In this document: one piece after another, positions 27,913-36,768 of the stretch
How positions within the stretch are numbered: the first letter of the stretch is position 1
How the letters are laid out: every line of letters begins with the position of its first letter
From: Spirochaetota bacterium
GTDB taxonomy: Bacteria; Spirochaetota; UBA4802; UBA5550
Length of the DNA: 64,000 bases
Assembly: GCA_050298055.1 (NCBI GenBank)
Contig: JBNKTL010000011.1
Location: 1 to 64,000, forward strand
Direction: 5' to 3'
Notes under the pieces: generated by a model
The model's database searches: none
What the model was told of the DNA's origin: nothing
Seen by the model: only the letters and a program-made list of their open reading frames with translations
Made by a program: the position numbers and the translations under genes

Positions 27913-28983
27913 ATGGATAAGATCAAGGTTCTTGTTGTTGATGATTCTGCCTCTGTTCGAAAAGTGCTGACTGAGATACTTGAAACAGACAGCGGTATCG
28001 AGGTGCTTGGAGCCGCCTCGGACCCCCTTCTGGCCATGAACAGAATGAAGAATGTCTGGCCTGACGTGATAATTACCGATATTGAGATGCCCCGGAAGGA
28101 CGGGATTGCTTTCATGAAAGAAGTCATGGAGACCCACCCCACACCCTTTGTTGTTTGTTCCTCTGTTGATGAAAAGATCATTATGAAGGCAATGAATGCC
28201 ATGTCCCTTGGTGCCGTTGATATTATCACGAAACCGAAAGTCAGCGTAAGCAATTTTCTTCATGAATCGGCAATGAACCTGATTGATGCGGTAAAGTCCG
28301 CCGCATCGGCCGACCTTAAAAAGCTGAAGCTCAAACCGGTCCCCAAACTGAAGATTGAGCCAAAACTCAATGCCGATGTAATCCTCTCCCCTGCAACCGG
28401 AAAAAATAACGTGGTAACAGACAGGATCGTGGCCATCGGGGCATCAGCGGGAGGGACGCAGGCGATTGAATTGGTGTTAAAGGCACTGCCCAGGGAGGTC
28501 CCCGGGATCGTCATCGTGCAGCACATGCCCGAAAAGTTTACCGGGGCGTTTTCCCAGCGGCTTGATAATATCTGTGATGTTGATGTAGTAGAAGGGAAAG
28601 AGGGTGACAGGGTTGAACGGGGTAAGGTTATTATCGCGCCGGGAAACAGGCACTTAATAGTAAACAGGAGAAACAGGGAGTACTATATTTCCATAAAGGA
28701 CGGACCCCTTGTCAGCCGGCACAGGCCTGCGGTGGATGTTCTGTTTCGCTCCATAGCCAAAAACGCGGGGAGCAATGCACTTGGCATTATTCTTACGGGT
28801 ATGGGTGATGACGGTGCGGCCGGTATGCTGGAAATGCGTAATGCCGGAACAAAGACCATTGCCCAGGATAAAAAGACCTCTGTAGTATATGGAATGCCGA
28901 AAGAAGCTTATGACAGGGGAGGAGTTGATAAAGTCATGTCGCTCTATGACATTCCCAATGAAATTCTGAGATTTAAACAATAA
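27913..28983 (+). CDS. cheB: Chemotaxis response regulator protein-glutamate methylesterase CheB
   Basis: REC domain plus methylesterase (IGASAGG, QHMP, LTGMGDDG). Confidence 0.97.
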   Translation: MDKIKVLVVDDSASVRKVLTEILETDSGIEVLGAASDPLLAMNRMKNVWPDVIITDIEMPRKDGIAFMKEVMETHPTPFVVCSSVDEKIIMKAMNAMSLGAVDIITKPKVSVSNFLHESAMNLIDAVKSAASADLKKLKLKPVPKLKIEPKLNADVILSPATGKNNVVTDRIVAIGASAGGTQAIELVLKALPREVPGIVIVQHMPEKFTGAFSQRLDNICDVDVVEGKEGDRVERGKVIIAPGNRHLIVNRRNREYYISIKDGPLVSRHRPAVDVLFRSIAKNAGSNALGIILTGMGDDGAAGMLEMRNAGTKTIAQDKKTSVVYGMPKEAYDRGGVDKVMSLYDIPNEILRFKQ

Positions 28984-29115
28984 GTCAGCTATATGGCTAT
29001 AATCAATTTATTTACTAAAATATCAGCAATATGCCCCCGCCGCCGAAGGCGGCGGGGGCATATCAGTTATTTTTTTATTGAGTAAAATTATTCTTAAAGT
29101 GAGCTGAGTAGTTAG
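28977..29115 (+). mobile_element. MITE-like element, copy E
   Basis: AAGTCAGCT ... AGCTGAGTAGTTAG ends; core ATATGCCCCCGCCGCC-GAA-GGCGGCGGGGGCATAT. Confidence 0.8.
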
Positions 29116-29221
29116 CAATAAGTATATTAAAATTTAAAAAGTAATTGATATCTTCTTTTTTATATGTTTTACTTTTTATTATGGACGGTGTCATTTTCAT
29201 AAGAATTAAGAGAGGTTCTTT

Positions 29222-30409
29222 ATGAGCGGTAAAATGAGCGGTAACAAGATAGAAAGTCTTTATGAAATTGCTGATGAATTCGGATCAATAGCAAAGAATG
29301 TAAACGAATCATCAAAAAAAAGAAAAAATCACTCAGAAGAGATAATAAACCAGATAAATAAATCCCTGGGAATTGGTGATACATTGAACCAGAAACTTGA
29401 ATCGGTTGCCGATGCAAATGTTGTGCAGAGGAACCAGGACAACATTGTTTTCAATACCTGCAAGATTTTAAACTCAAATATGATTAAACAGCTTGAACTG
29501 GTCAATGAACTGAAACTCTCCGGCGCTGTTGACGGCTCTCTCATCGATGAGTTCCTGGGCAAGATTGATGAACTCATCGGCTCAATCAGGGAAGCCGTAA
29601 CCAATGTTCAGGAGATTATTGAAAATGATAATAATATCATCCTCATGGACAACCTCATAATGACAAGAAAGAAATACCAGCAGGATTCAATAAGCACACT
29701 GAAAAAGCTGGCGCGGATAAGCCTGGAAGATGCGGAGAAGGCCATTGACGGATCATCTTCAAACCTGCAGCGCGGCCTTGATATGGTGGATAAATTCAAG
29801 TCTGTTGATAAACTGGTAAAAGAGAATAAAATTGATGACCTGAAACTGCTTGCGGAAGACGCCAACAGGGGGTGGAATATTGCCCAGAATGTAAACAAGA
29901 GCTCCAATTCACAGCTGGAGTTTGCGGAAAAGGTCAAGGAGTTTACCGACCAGTTCCATGAAGATTCTCTTACAATTAAAGAGATGGTCATTGAGAAACA
30001 TCACATGTTTGAACAGAACCTTCAGATAGTCACTGTTCTTACGGTCATACTTTCGCTTAAATTCAAGAAGTACCTGGAAATAAATGAGACGGTACAGAAA
30101 ATAGAATTTAATGATAAAATCAGAAATGTAATGAATAACCTTACGATATTCATAGATATTGCCTGTAAGGACATAACAGATGTTACAAAGCTCAACTATG
30201 ATATGACCGATTCAAGTCATTTGAATAATGAAGTTGAGCATAGTGCTGTTGAACTGACCAGGGAAGAACTTGAATGCTTTGAGAAGATACAGAATGAAGT
30301 TGAAAAAATGACAGAGGCAACACGTTATCCTATTGAAGGTTCCGGGAAAAATATTGAGAACGGCCAGATAATGGAAAAACTGCTGAATGAAGTCATTGCG
30401 GAGATGTAA
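29222..30409 (+). CDS. Hypothetical soluble helical protein with two-fold internal repeat
   Basis: 395 aa with an RBS (GAGAGG) and heptad-rich sequence. IAKNVNESS/IAQNVNKSS and IDGSSSN/IEGSGKN recur about 190-200 aa apart. Confidence 0.8.
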   Translation: MSGKMSGNKIESLYEIADEFGSIAKNVNESSKKRKNHSEEIINQINKSLGIGDTLNQKLESVADANVVQRNQDNIVFNTCKILNSNMIKQLELVNELKLSGAVDGSLIDEFLGKIDELIGSIREAVTNVQEIIENDNNIILMDNLIMTRKKYQQDSISTLKKLARISLEDAEKAIDGSSSNLQRGLDMVDKFKSVDKLVKENKIDDLKLLAEDANRGWNIAQNVNKSSNSQLEFAEKVKEFTDQFHEDSLTIKEMVIEKHHMFEQNLQIVTVLTVILSLKFKKYLEINETVQKIEFNDKIRNVMNNLTIFIDIACKDITDVTKLNYDMTDSSHLNNEVEHSAVELTREELECFEKIQNEVEKMTEATRYPIEGSGKNIENGQIMEKLLNEVIAEM

Positions 30410-32690
30410 AGGAAACGGGATCAATAATTGTATTGTAAGTCTTTTTCATTTTGTTGAATTTTATTCTTTTCTCGCCCTGGAACTGACCATAGTAAAATTT
30501 TGACATAGGTCTTATGGAATAGGAAAAATTCATATGAAATTCCGATTCTCCGTGAGAGAATATCCCCAGGAGTGAAGAATTCAATTTTGGCTTGAAGTCC
30601 TCGCTGTACGCACCGCTGTAGAGTGTTGAGTTCCCTCCCTGAAAAGGAGTATCTTTTTCCGTGTAAAACAGGTTGTTGATGAGAGATTCTTCCTTCAAAG
30701 GAATTACGTAGTGTCCCCTGTGAATGACTCCCCATTTCCAGTTTTCCATAATTGGCCCCAGTCTCCTGTTGAGGTATCGCGTTGATTTGATAAATGCCCT
30801 GTCAAAGGTCATCTCCACGGTTTCCACATTTTCTGTTTTCCTGTTGTCGAATACGGGGGACTTTCCGTCTCTGAGCAGCTCATGGAATTTGTCCAGCAGG
30901 AAGTTATAGTTGTCATATGCCGAATGCCTGATATAGCTGTCCGCGTCTTCACCGATATCATCCTCATAGGTTTCGATGACAAAGTTTTTCATAATGATAT
31001 TAAAGAGTGAAGGGGAAACCTTATTGGTATCCATCTTCATATCCCACTGCTTAAAATATATTCGGCTCAACCGCGCGGAAGTCACAGGACTTGTCCCGAG
31101 TATTGAGAGAAGCCGGGGAATTAACTTTTCCGCATATACGGCATAGTTGTCCTTTAAAAGTGAAAGAGCATCCTTTTTTGAAAAAAGGGCTTTTTCACTT
31201 AACAGGTCTTCCAGCCTCCTGATTCTATTCCTGTCAAATATTGATCTGCTTTGAATCGAAAACGGTCCCCTGTCCAGGATCCAGCTTCCCGCAAACTCGG
31301 CTTTATCTGACTTGTTAATATGTGTTATATCATTAAGCCTGTAATAAAATCCGGGACCATTATGAAAGATCTTACCCGCGGCAGATACACCCGGGACCCT
31401 GCCGGAATATATCCTTAAACAGGTGCTGTTATCAGTAAAGAGGTATACCCTGGGGTAGGAGTTGATCCCTTTTACCCAGTCAGAGGCCTTGTTAATATTT
31501 TCGGAAAAGGGAATATTCATGAGCGCAATAATATAGGATTCATCCGGATAAAATCCTGTCAGGGTAATAAGGCTGTCATGGTAGGATTCATTTTTCATGA
31601 TATCATTAAGTACCGGCCCGTTGTCTGTTTCCCAGATGATATCCTGTTTCTGCCGGTATTCTTCATCGGGAACAGGCACTCTTACCGGTATGACTTTTTT
31701 CCATCCGGTCCCGGAGAGAAAGTTGAGTTGTCCGTCAATGAGTTTGATCTTTTCAATAAGAAAATCATTGATGTCAGTGTTGAGGCTGAACCCGAAGAAG
31801 GATATATTCTGGTTATTACCGGCATAGATGAAGGGAAGGCCGGCACAGGTAATTCCCCTGATTGTAATTTCTCCGAATTTAATCGATACGGGGTAGAGGT
31901 CAGGGTAAACATTCAGACTGCTGTCAAAGCTGTAACCGGTAAGCGGTTTCCTGCTGCCTGTTCTGTTTGCCGGAAGATAAAAAGCATAACCTTTGTTGTA
32001 TGCACCAATGTACTTCTCCAGAACGGTTTTTATCTTCCTGATAATTTTTATTTTCGTTTCTTCGTCCCGGGAGTAGTAATAAATGAGCTGTTTCGGAAAC
32101 AGCGCGGAGAGGGTCCTCCGGTCACTTCTGTCCGAAAACTGAAAGAGGTTTTCAATATTATTCAGGTAGGATGAGGCCCATTCCCTGAGAAGGAGAATTG
32201 ATATAACGTCCGATACATTCCACGGTCTGTTTAACTTCTTTATGCCTGATACATTTTTTCCCTTGATAAAGTTGATGCCGTTTATATAAGCTTTAAGGTA
32301 GTTCCTGTATTGTGCGGGTAATTTTTCTTCCAGTTCAACGGTATGCCGGGTAATCCCGGAAACCTTAATGATCCTGTCAAGAATTTCGGCATCCTGTCCG
32401 GGTATTCCTGACAGGTTTGCGCAGGAGATTGCCCTGTAGTATTCGAGCATCATCAGTCTGTCCTGTGCATGCATAAATCCGAGACTGAAGTATATATCTT
32501 CTATTGAGTTTGCGGTAATTTGAGGAACACCGTCATTGTTCCTTCCAATCTCAACCCTGGCCGTTACGTCGGATCGATACGAAGCATTATAATCGATACT
32601 CTCTGAAATATAATAAACTGCAAATCCCCCCCCCGTAAGAAGTATTATTCCCAGAAGTGATATTAATGCTATGAGCGATTTTTTTTTCAT
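30393..32690 (-). CDS. Penicillin acylase (Ntn hydrolase) family protein, probably catalytically inactive
   Basis: N-terminal TM; GVPQI..DIYFSLGFMHAQDRL, RTGSRKPL, ETDNGPV and WKWGVIH motifs. Confidence 0.85.
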   Translation of the reverse strand: MKKKSLIALISLLGIILLTGGGFAVYYISESIDYNASYRSDVTARVEIGRNNDGVPQITANSIEDIYFSLGFMHAQDRLMMLEYYRAISCANLSGIPGQDAEILDRIIKVSGITRHTVELEEKLPAQYRNYLKAYINGINFIKGKNVSGIKKLNRPWNVSDVISILLLREWASSYLNNIENLFQFSDRSDRRTLSALFPKQLIYYYSRDEETKIKIIRKIKTVLEKYIGAYNKGYAFYLPANRTGSRKPLTGYSFDSSLNVYPDLYPVSIKFGEITIRGITCAGLPFIYAGNNQNISFFGFSLNTDINDFLIEKIKLIDGQLNFLSGTGWKKVIPVRVPVPDEEYRQKQDIIWETDNGPVLNDIMKNESYHDSLITLTGFYPDESYIIALMNIPFSENINKASDWVKGINSYPRVYLFTDNSTCLRIYSGRVPGVSAAGKIFHNGPGFYYRLNDITHINKSDKAEFAGSWILDRGPFSIQSRSIFDRNRIRRLEDLLSEKALFSKKDALSLLKDNYAVYAEKLIPRLLSILGTSPVTSARLSRIYFKQWDMKMDTNKVSPSLFNIIMKNFVIETYEDDIGEDADSYIRHSAYDNYNFLLDKFHELLRDGKSPVFDNRKTENVETVEMTFDRAFIKSTRYLNRRLGPIMENWKWGVIHRGHYVIPLKEESLINNLFYTEKDTPFQGGNSTLYSGAYSEDFKPKLNSSLLGIFSHGESEFHMNFSYSIRPMSKFYYGQFQGEKRIKFNKMKKTYNTIIDPVSFTSPQ

Positions 32691-32699
32691 GAAGATATT

Positions 32700-33935
32700 C
32701 TAGAATTCAAATTCAAGACTTCCCAGCCTGTTCCTTATCTCTTTGAGTATTTCCTCTTCATTCTGTTTTTCACTTGTTTCAAATGTAGCGGAAAACCGGA
32801 TAAAGTTCCCTACATCATCCCAGGGTACGGTTGATATAAGTTTTTCCCTGATCATGAACTGTGAAAACTCTTCACCGCTTGCAAAAGACTTTCCTCCTTT
32901 AATGCCTTTTGGTATCTCAACATAAAGATAAAAAGTTCCGCCGGGCATTTTTACATCAAAGCCCGAATCTTTCAGGATGCCAACAAGGGTTTTCAGCCTT
33001 CGTTCATACTTCCCGCATATCTTCTGTGTTATACCGGGATTCTGCAATGCCGTAACAGCTGCTTTCTGTATGGCAATAAACTGTCCCGAATCGTAGTTGT
33101 CCTTTACGTTTGCAAAGGCATTTATGATCAGCCGGTTTCCCGCCACAAACGCAATTCTCCAGCCGGTCATATTATAAGCTTTTGAGAGAGAGTGAATCTC
33201 AATTCCCACATCTTTGGCTCCCGGAATGCTCAGAAACGAAAGAGGTTTTTCATTGTATATGAGCGCCGCGTATGCCGCATCCTGTACAACAATTATATTG
33301 TTCTTTTTCGCGAATTCAACAGTTTTTCCGTAAAAATCTTCCGTGGCATTTGCTCCCGTTGGATTGTTCGGATAATTAATCAAAAGAATTTTTGCCTTTT
33401 TAAGTTTCTCACCGGGGATTTCGTTATAGTCGGGCAGAAATCCATTTTCCTTTTTGAGAGGGATATTGTAAACCTCCCCTCCGTACCAGGAGGAATGGGT
33501 CCCCAGCACCGGGTACCCGGGGACGGTCATCAGTGTCACGTCACCCGGGTTAATAAATGCCGAGGGAAGCATGGAAAGCGCGGATTTTGATCCGATGGCA
33601 TGAACGATCTCCTTTTCGGGGTCCAGGCCGCTAACATTGAAAACATCTTTCATGTATTGTGAAGCAGCTTCTTTGAACTCAGCTATGCCGTTATCGGCAT
33701 ATCCCCTGTTTTCCGGATTTTCCGCTTCTTCCTGCAGGGTTTTAATGACCGGGTCGAAAGCCTTCTCGTCCGGCTCTCCCACTCCCAGGTCAATGAGAGG
33801 TGTTTCCGGATTTTCTTTTACTGCCGCCCTTTTTGCTCTTTTAATTTTTTCAAATTTATATATCTTTTCATCTTTTCCAAACATATTTCCGCCGATTCTT
33901 TCGGCGAAGAGTTCCTGAATATACGAATCTGTCAC
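32700..33935 (-). CDS. dapL: LL-diaminopimelate aminotransferase
   Basis: YKFEKIKRAK, NYPNNPTG, DAAY and SLSKAYNMTGWR (PLP lysine) motifs. Confidence 0.9.
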   Translation of the reverse strand: MTDSYIQELFAERIGGNMFGKDEKIYKFEKIKRAKRAAVKENPETPLIDLGVGEPDEKAFDPVIKTLQEEAENPENRGYADNGIAEFKEAASQYMKDVFNVSGLDPEKEIVHAIGSKSALSMLPSAFINPGDVTLMTVPGYPVLGTHSSWYGGEVYNIPLKKENGFLPDYNEIPGEKLKKAKILLINYPNNPTGANATEDFYGKTVEFAKKNNIIVVQDAAYAALIYNEKPLSFLSIPGAKDVGIEIHSLSKAYNMTGWRIAFVAGNRLIINAFANVKDNYDSGQFIAIQKAAVTALQNPGITQKICGKYERRLKTLVGILKDSGFDVKMPGGTFYLYVEIPKGIKGGKSFASGEEFSQFMIREKLISTVPWDDVGNFIRFSATFETSEKQNEEEILKEIRNRLGSLEFEF

Positions 33936-34393
33936 TTTTTTTCCTCTTCGATAATTTGAATTTTAGATTTGATAATTTCAACCGTAGTATAGAATTCATC
34001 GAGAAGTGAGAAAAACCTGCTGAATCGTCCGTGCACATTGATTTTTGTTTTTCCCTTCTCCAATTCAGATATTATTCTCACATTCTTTGTATAGATGATA
34101 CACCTGATTTTTCCTTTGTCCGAATTGACAGAAGCCACAATACTGAAGTCGTAATCGATATTCTGTGACGGAACAATATCATCAACAGTGATCTCTTTGA
34201 GCACGACCTCTTTTTCCTGAAGTTCTTCCAGGAGAAGAAGTTTTTTGGCCGGGTTGCTGCTTTTGTCTATGACCTCTTTCTCCGCAACAAGCTGTTTGAG
34301 ATCGATCTTCTCTGTAAAAAAACTGAATCCCTGCAGTGAACCGCATGAGAGAGGCAGGAAAACGAGAAGGATAAATATACCTGTTTTTTTCAT
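33932..34393 (-). CDS. Hypothetical lipoprotein (OB-fold-like)
   Basis: MKKTGIFILLVFLPLSC lipobox; overlaps the dapL start. Confidence 0.7.
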   Translation of the reverse strand: MKKTGIFILLVFLPLSCGSLQGFSFFTEKIDLKQLVAEKEVIDKSSNPAKKLLLLEELQEKEVVLKEITVDDIVPSQNIDYDFSIVASVNSDKGKIRCIIYTKNVRIISELEKGKTKINVHGRFSRFFSLLDEFYTTVEIIKSKIQIIEEEKK

Positions 34394-34451
34394 TATATCT
34401 CCCTGTATTATTTTTAATTCATTTTTATGGATTAATATCAAAATAATATTT

Positions 34452-34592
34452 GTAACTACTCAGCTGTATATCTGAAAATAAACATATTAACAAAATGCCA
34501 ACAATGTGTCCCCGCCGCCGAAGGCGGCGGGGACACATCAGTTATCTTTTGTTAATTAACATGCCAATTTTTATCCATAGCTGACTCGTTAT
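34452..34592 (+). mobile_element. MITE-like element, copy F
   Basis: GTAACTACTCAGCT ... AGCTGACTCGTTAT ends; core ATGTGTCCCCGCCGCC-GAA-GGCGGCGGGGACACAT (34504-34538). Confidence 0.82.
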
Positions 34593-34740
34593 AAATATTA
34601 ATATTATTTTTTTTGTCAAATAATCTTTATTTGTTGATTAATTAATTTATTGTAAAAACAATGCAAATTCTCCTTGATAAGGAATTTTGTTATTGTATTA
34701 TGTCACATATGATTCATGCTGTAATATTCTTTAAAAATTA

Positions 34741-34880
34741 ATAATTACTCAACGATATGACTAAAAATGAAGTATTAAAAAAAATATCAACAATATGTCC
34801 CCGCCGCCTTCGGCGGCGGGGACATATCAGTTTTGTTTTATAATGAATACTATCATTCATATAATACAAGAATTATATTA
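34741..34880 (+). mobile_element. MITE-like element, copy G
   Basis: ATAATTACTCAAC left end; core ATATGTCCCCGCCGCC-TTC-GGCGGCGGGGACATAT (34793-34827). Right end degraded, boundary approximate. Confidence 0.75.
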
Positions 34881-34929
34881 ATTGCCGGAAAATTAATCAA
34901 ATCTATTTTTAGAACTCGGAGTAGTATCT

Positions 34930-35292
34930 GTGGCCAAAGCAGTTAAACAGACAGAGGACAATATTGTAAACAGTATTATCGGAGAGGGATCGGAATTCAT
35001 CGGTGAATTCAAGATGAACGGTCTTCTCAGGATTGACGGCAGATTCAAGGGTACTATTGAAACAGACGGGAAGGTCCTCATCGGACAATCCGGCAGGGCG
35101 ATAACAGATATAAAAGCACGGCTGGTTGTTGTCGGAGGATATATAAAAGGTAATATTTTTGCAACTGAGAGGGTGATCTTTCTTTCGTCAGGTGAAATCA
35201 TTGGCAATATCATTACTCCCAGTATCGTCATGGAAGACGGTGTGAAATTCGAAGGAAACTGCACAATTAATAAGGGACAAAAGAAAAAATAG
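34930..35292 (+). CDS. Bactofilin (polymer-forming cytoskeletal protein)
   Basis: SIIGEG..LRIDG..GVKFEGNC beta-helix signature. Confidence 0.93.
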   Translation: MAKAVKQTEDNIVNSIIGEGSEFIGEFKMNGLLRIDGRFKGTIETDGKVLIGQSGRAITDIKARLVVVGGYIKGNIFATERVIFLSSGEIIGNIITPSIVMEDGVKFEGNCTINKGQKKK

Positions 35293-35302
35293 AGGTACCC
35301 GG

Positions 35303-35746
35303 ATGATTGAGCTACCCAGAACCGGCAGTAAAAGGGAAGAGAACAACAAGCTGAAAGTAAAAAAGAAGCCGGGAAGCGTAACATCAAAGGAAAAAACATT
35401 TTCCAGCCAGCTTGAAAACAGTATCTCGTATGATTTCCGGGGATCTCTTGATGATCTTCTCGGCGACCTGGACAAACAGGAGAAGAGGTTCCTGGACCAG
35501 CAGTCTCTCCGGGAGCTCTCCCGGTACAAGGCCCTCATAAGGAAAATCCTGAAAGCGCTCCTGGAAGAGGGTGTAGAGACGAAGGTCATGAAAAAAACGC
35601 GGAGAAACTTTGCGGAATTAACAGTAAGGGAAATAGACAAAAAACTCCTTGAGCTTTCTACTGCCATCACCCGGAACAACAAGGCATTTAACCTCTTGAA
35701 AACCATTGAAGAGATCAGGGGACTGGTTCTGGATCTGGTCCACTGA
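35303..35746 (+). CDS. YaaR/DUF327 family protein
   Basis: YKALIRKIL, IDKKLLEL and IEEIRGLVLDL motifs. Confidence 0.85.
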   Translation: MIELPRTGSKREENNKLKVKKKPGSVTSKEKTFSSQLENSISYDFRGSLDDLLGDLDKQEKRFLDQQSLRELSRYKALIRKILKALLEEGVETKVMKKTRRNFAELTVREIDKKLLELSTAITRNNKAFNLLKTIEEIRGLVLDLVH

Positions 35747-35758
35747 TAAAGGAAAGGA

Positions 35759-36730
35759 ATGAACAGAGAGGGAATTATCGGACATAAAAAGCAGGTAAGC
35801 CTGCTTGAAGTCATGCTGAACAACAATACTGTTCCCCAGGCCCTCCTTTTTCATGGGATAGAGGGTATCGGGAAACAGCTGGTTGCCAGGCGTTTCCTCA
35901 ATGCACTCTTCTGCGGAAAGGAGAACGCGCCCTGCCTGAAGTGCGGGACCTGTCTCCAGTTCAATAAGGGTATTTACCCCGACATGGTGCAGCTAAACCC
36001 CGGAAAAAACGGTACAATTCCCATCGGGAGCCCTGATAAAAAGGAAGAGGGGTCCGTGAGACGGCTTGTTGACATTCTTTCCCGGAAATCCACAAGCGGC
36101 AGGTACGGAGTCATAATAAACGGCATAGAGAGAGTTTCCCGGGAGGGGGTTATCGCACTTCTCAAGACAATAGAGGAGCCCCAGGAGGGAGCATGCATCA
36201 TCCTGATATCTGAAAACAGATCACAGGTCATTCCCACTATTCTCTCACGCTGTCTGGAATTTTCCTTTAGCGGCCTTTCGGATGACGACATTGATTCACT
36301 GCTCGGCCGGGAGGGTATTGACGGAAAGTTCAGTGAGCTGGCGGTGAAGATATCCGGGGGATCTGCCGGCCTGGCAACTCTTCTTACCCATGAAGAGATA
36401 ATGGAGCCGGTCCTGGAGGTCTGTTCCGAAATCTCCTCCTGTGTAAATGGTCAAACCGGCAGGTTAAACCTTGATTTCAGCGGTCTCCTGAAAAAAATGG
36501 ATACGTCACAGCTCCTGGGGATACTGCAGAATGTTTACAGGTATCTTTTTATATCACAGCTTAAAAACAGGGGAATAAGAAGGGAGCTGTCCCCTCTGAA
36601 GATCACAGATCCGGATCTCTTAAAGAAAATTATTAAAATATTCCTTGCCCTCAGAGAGGGGTTGTCAAATAATCTGAACATAAGAAATTCAATGAAAGGA
36701 ATGATCTACTCCATGCAGGTAAGTCAGTAA
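35759..36730 (+). CDS. holB: DNA polymerase III delta' subunit
   Basis: ALLFHGIEGIGK, Cys4 zinc module, ALLKTIEEP and TILSRC; upstream of ricT. Confidence 0.85.
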   Translation: MNREGIIGHKKQVSLLEVMLNNNTVPQALLFHGIEGIGKQLVARRFLNALFCGKENAPCLKCGTCLQFNKGIYPDMVQLNPGKNGTIPIGSPDKKEEGSVRRLVDILSRKSTSGRYGVIINGIERVSREGVIALLKTIEEPQEGACIILISENRSQVIPTILSRCLEFSFSGLSDDDIDSLLGREGIDGKFSELAVKISGGSAGLATLLTHEEIMEPVLEVCSEISSCVNGQTGRLNLDFSGLLKKMDTSQLLGILQNVYRYLFISQLKNRGIRRELSPLKITDPDLLKKIIKIFLALREGLSNNLNIRNSMKGMIYSMQVSQ

Positions 36731-36768
36731 GGATTAACTCATGGAAAGGAAAACAGTGTGTTAAAAAT

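Noticed and set aside
34452..34880. Neighbouring hairpin repeats as a CRISPR array
   Set aside because: Only two copies ~290 bp apart, no regular 30-40-bp spacers and no cas genes.
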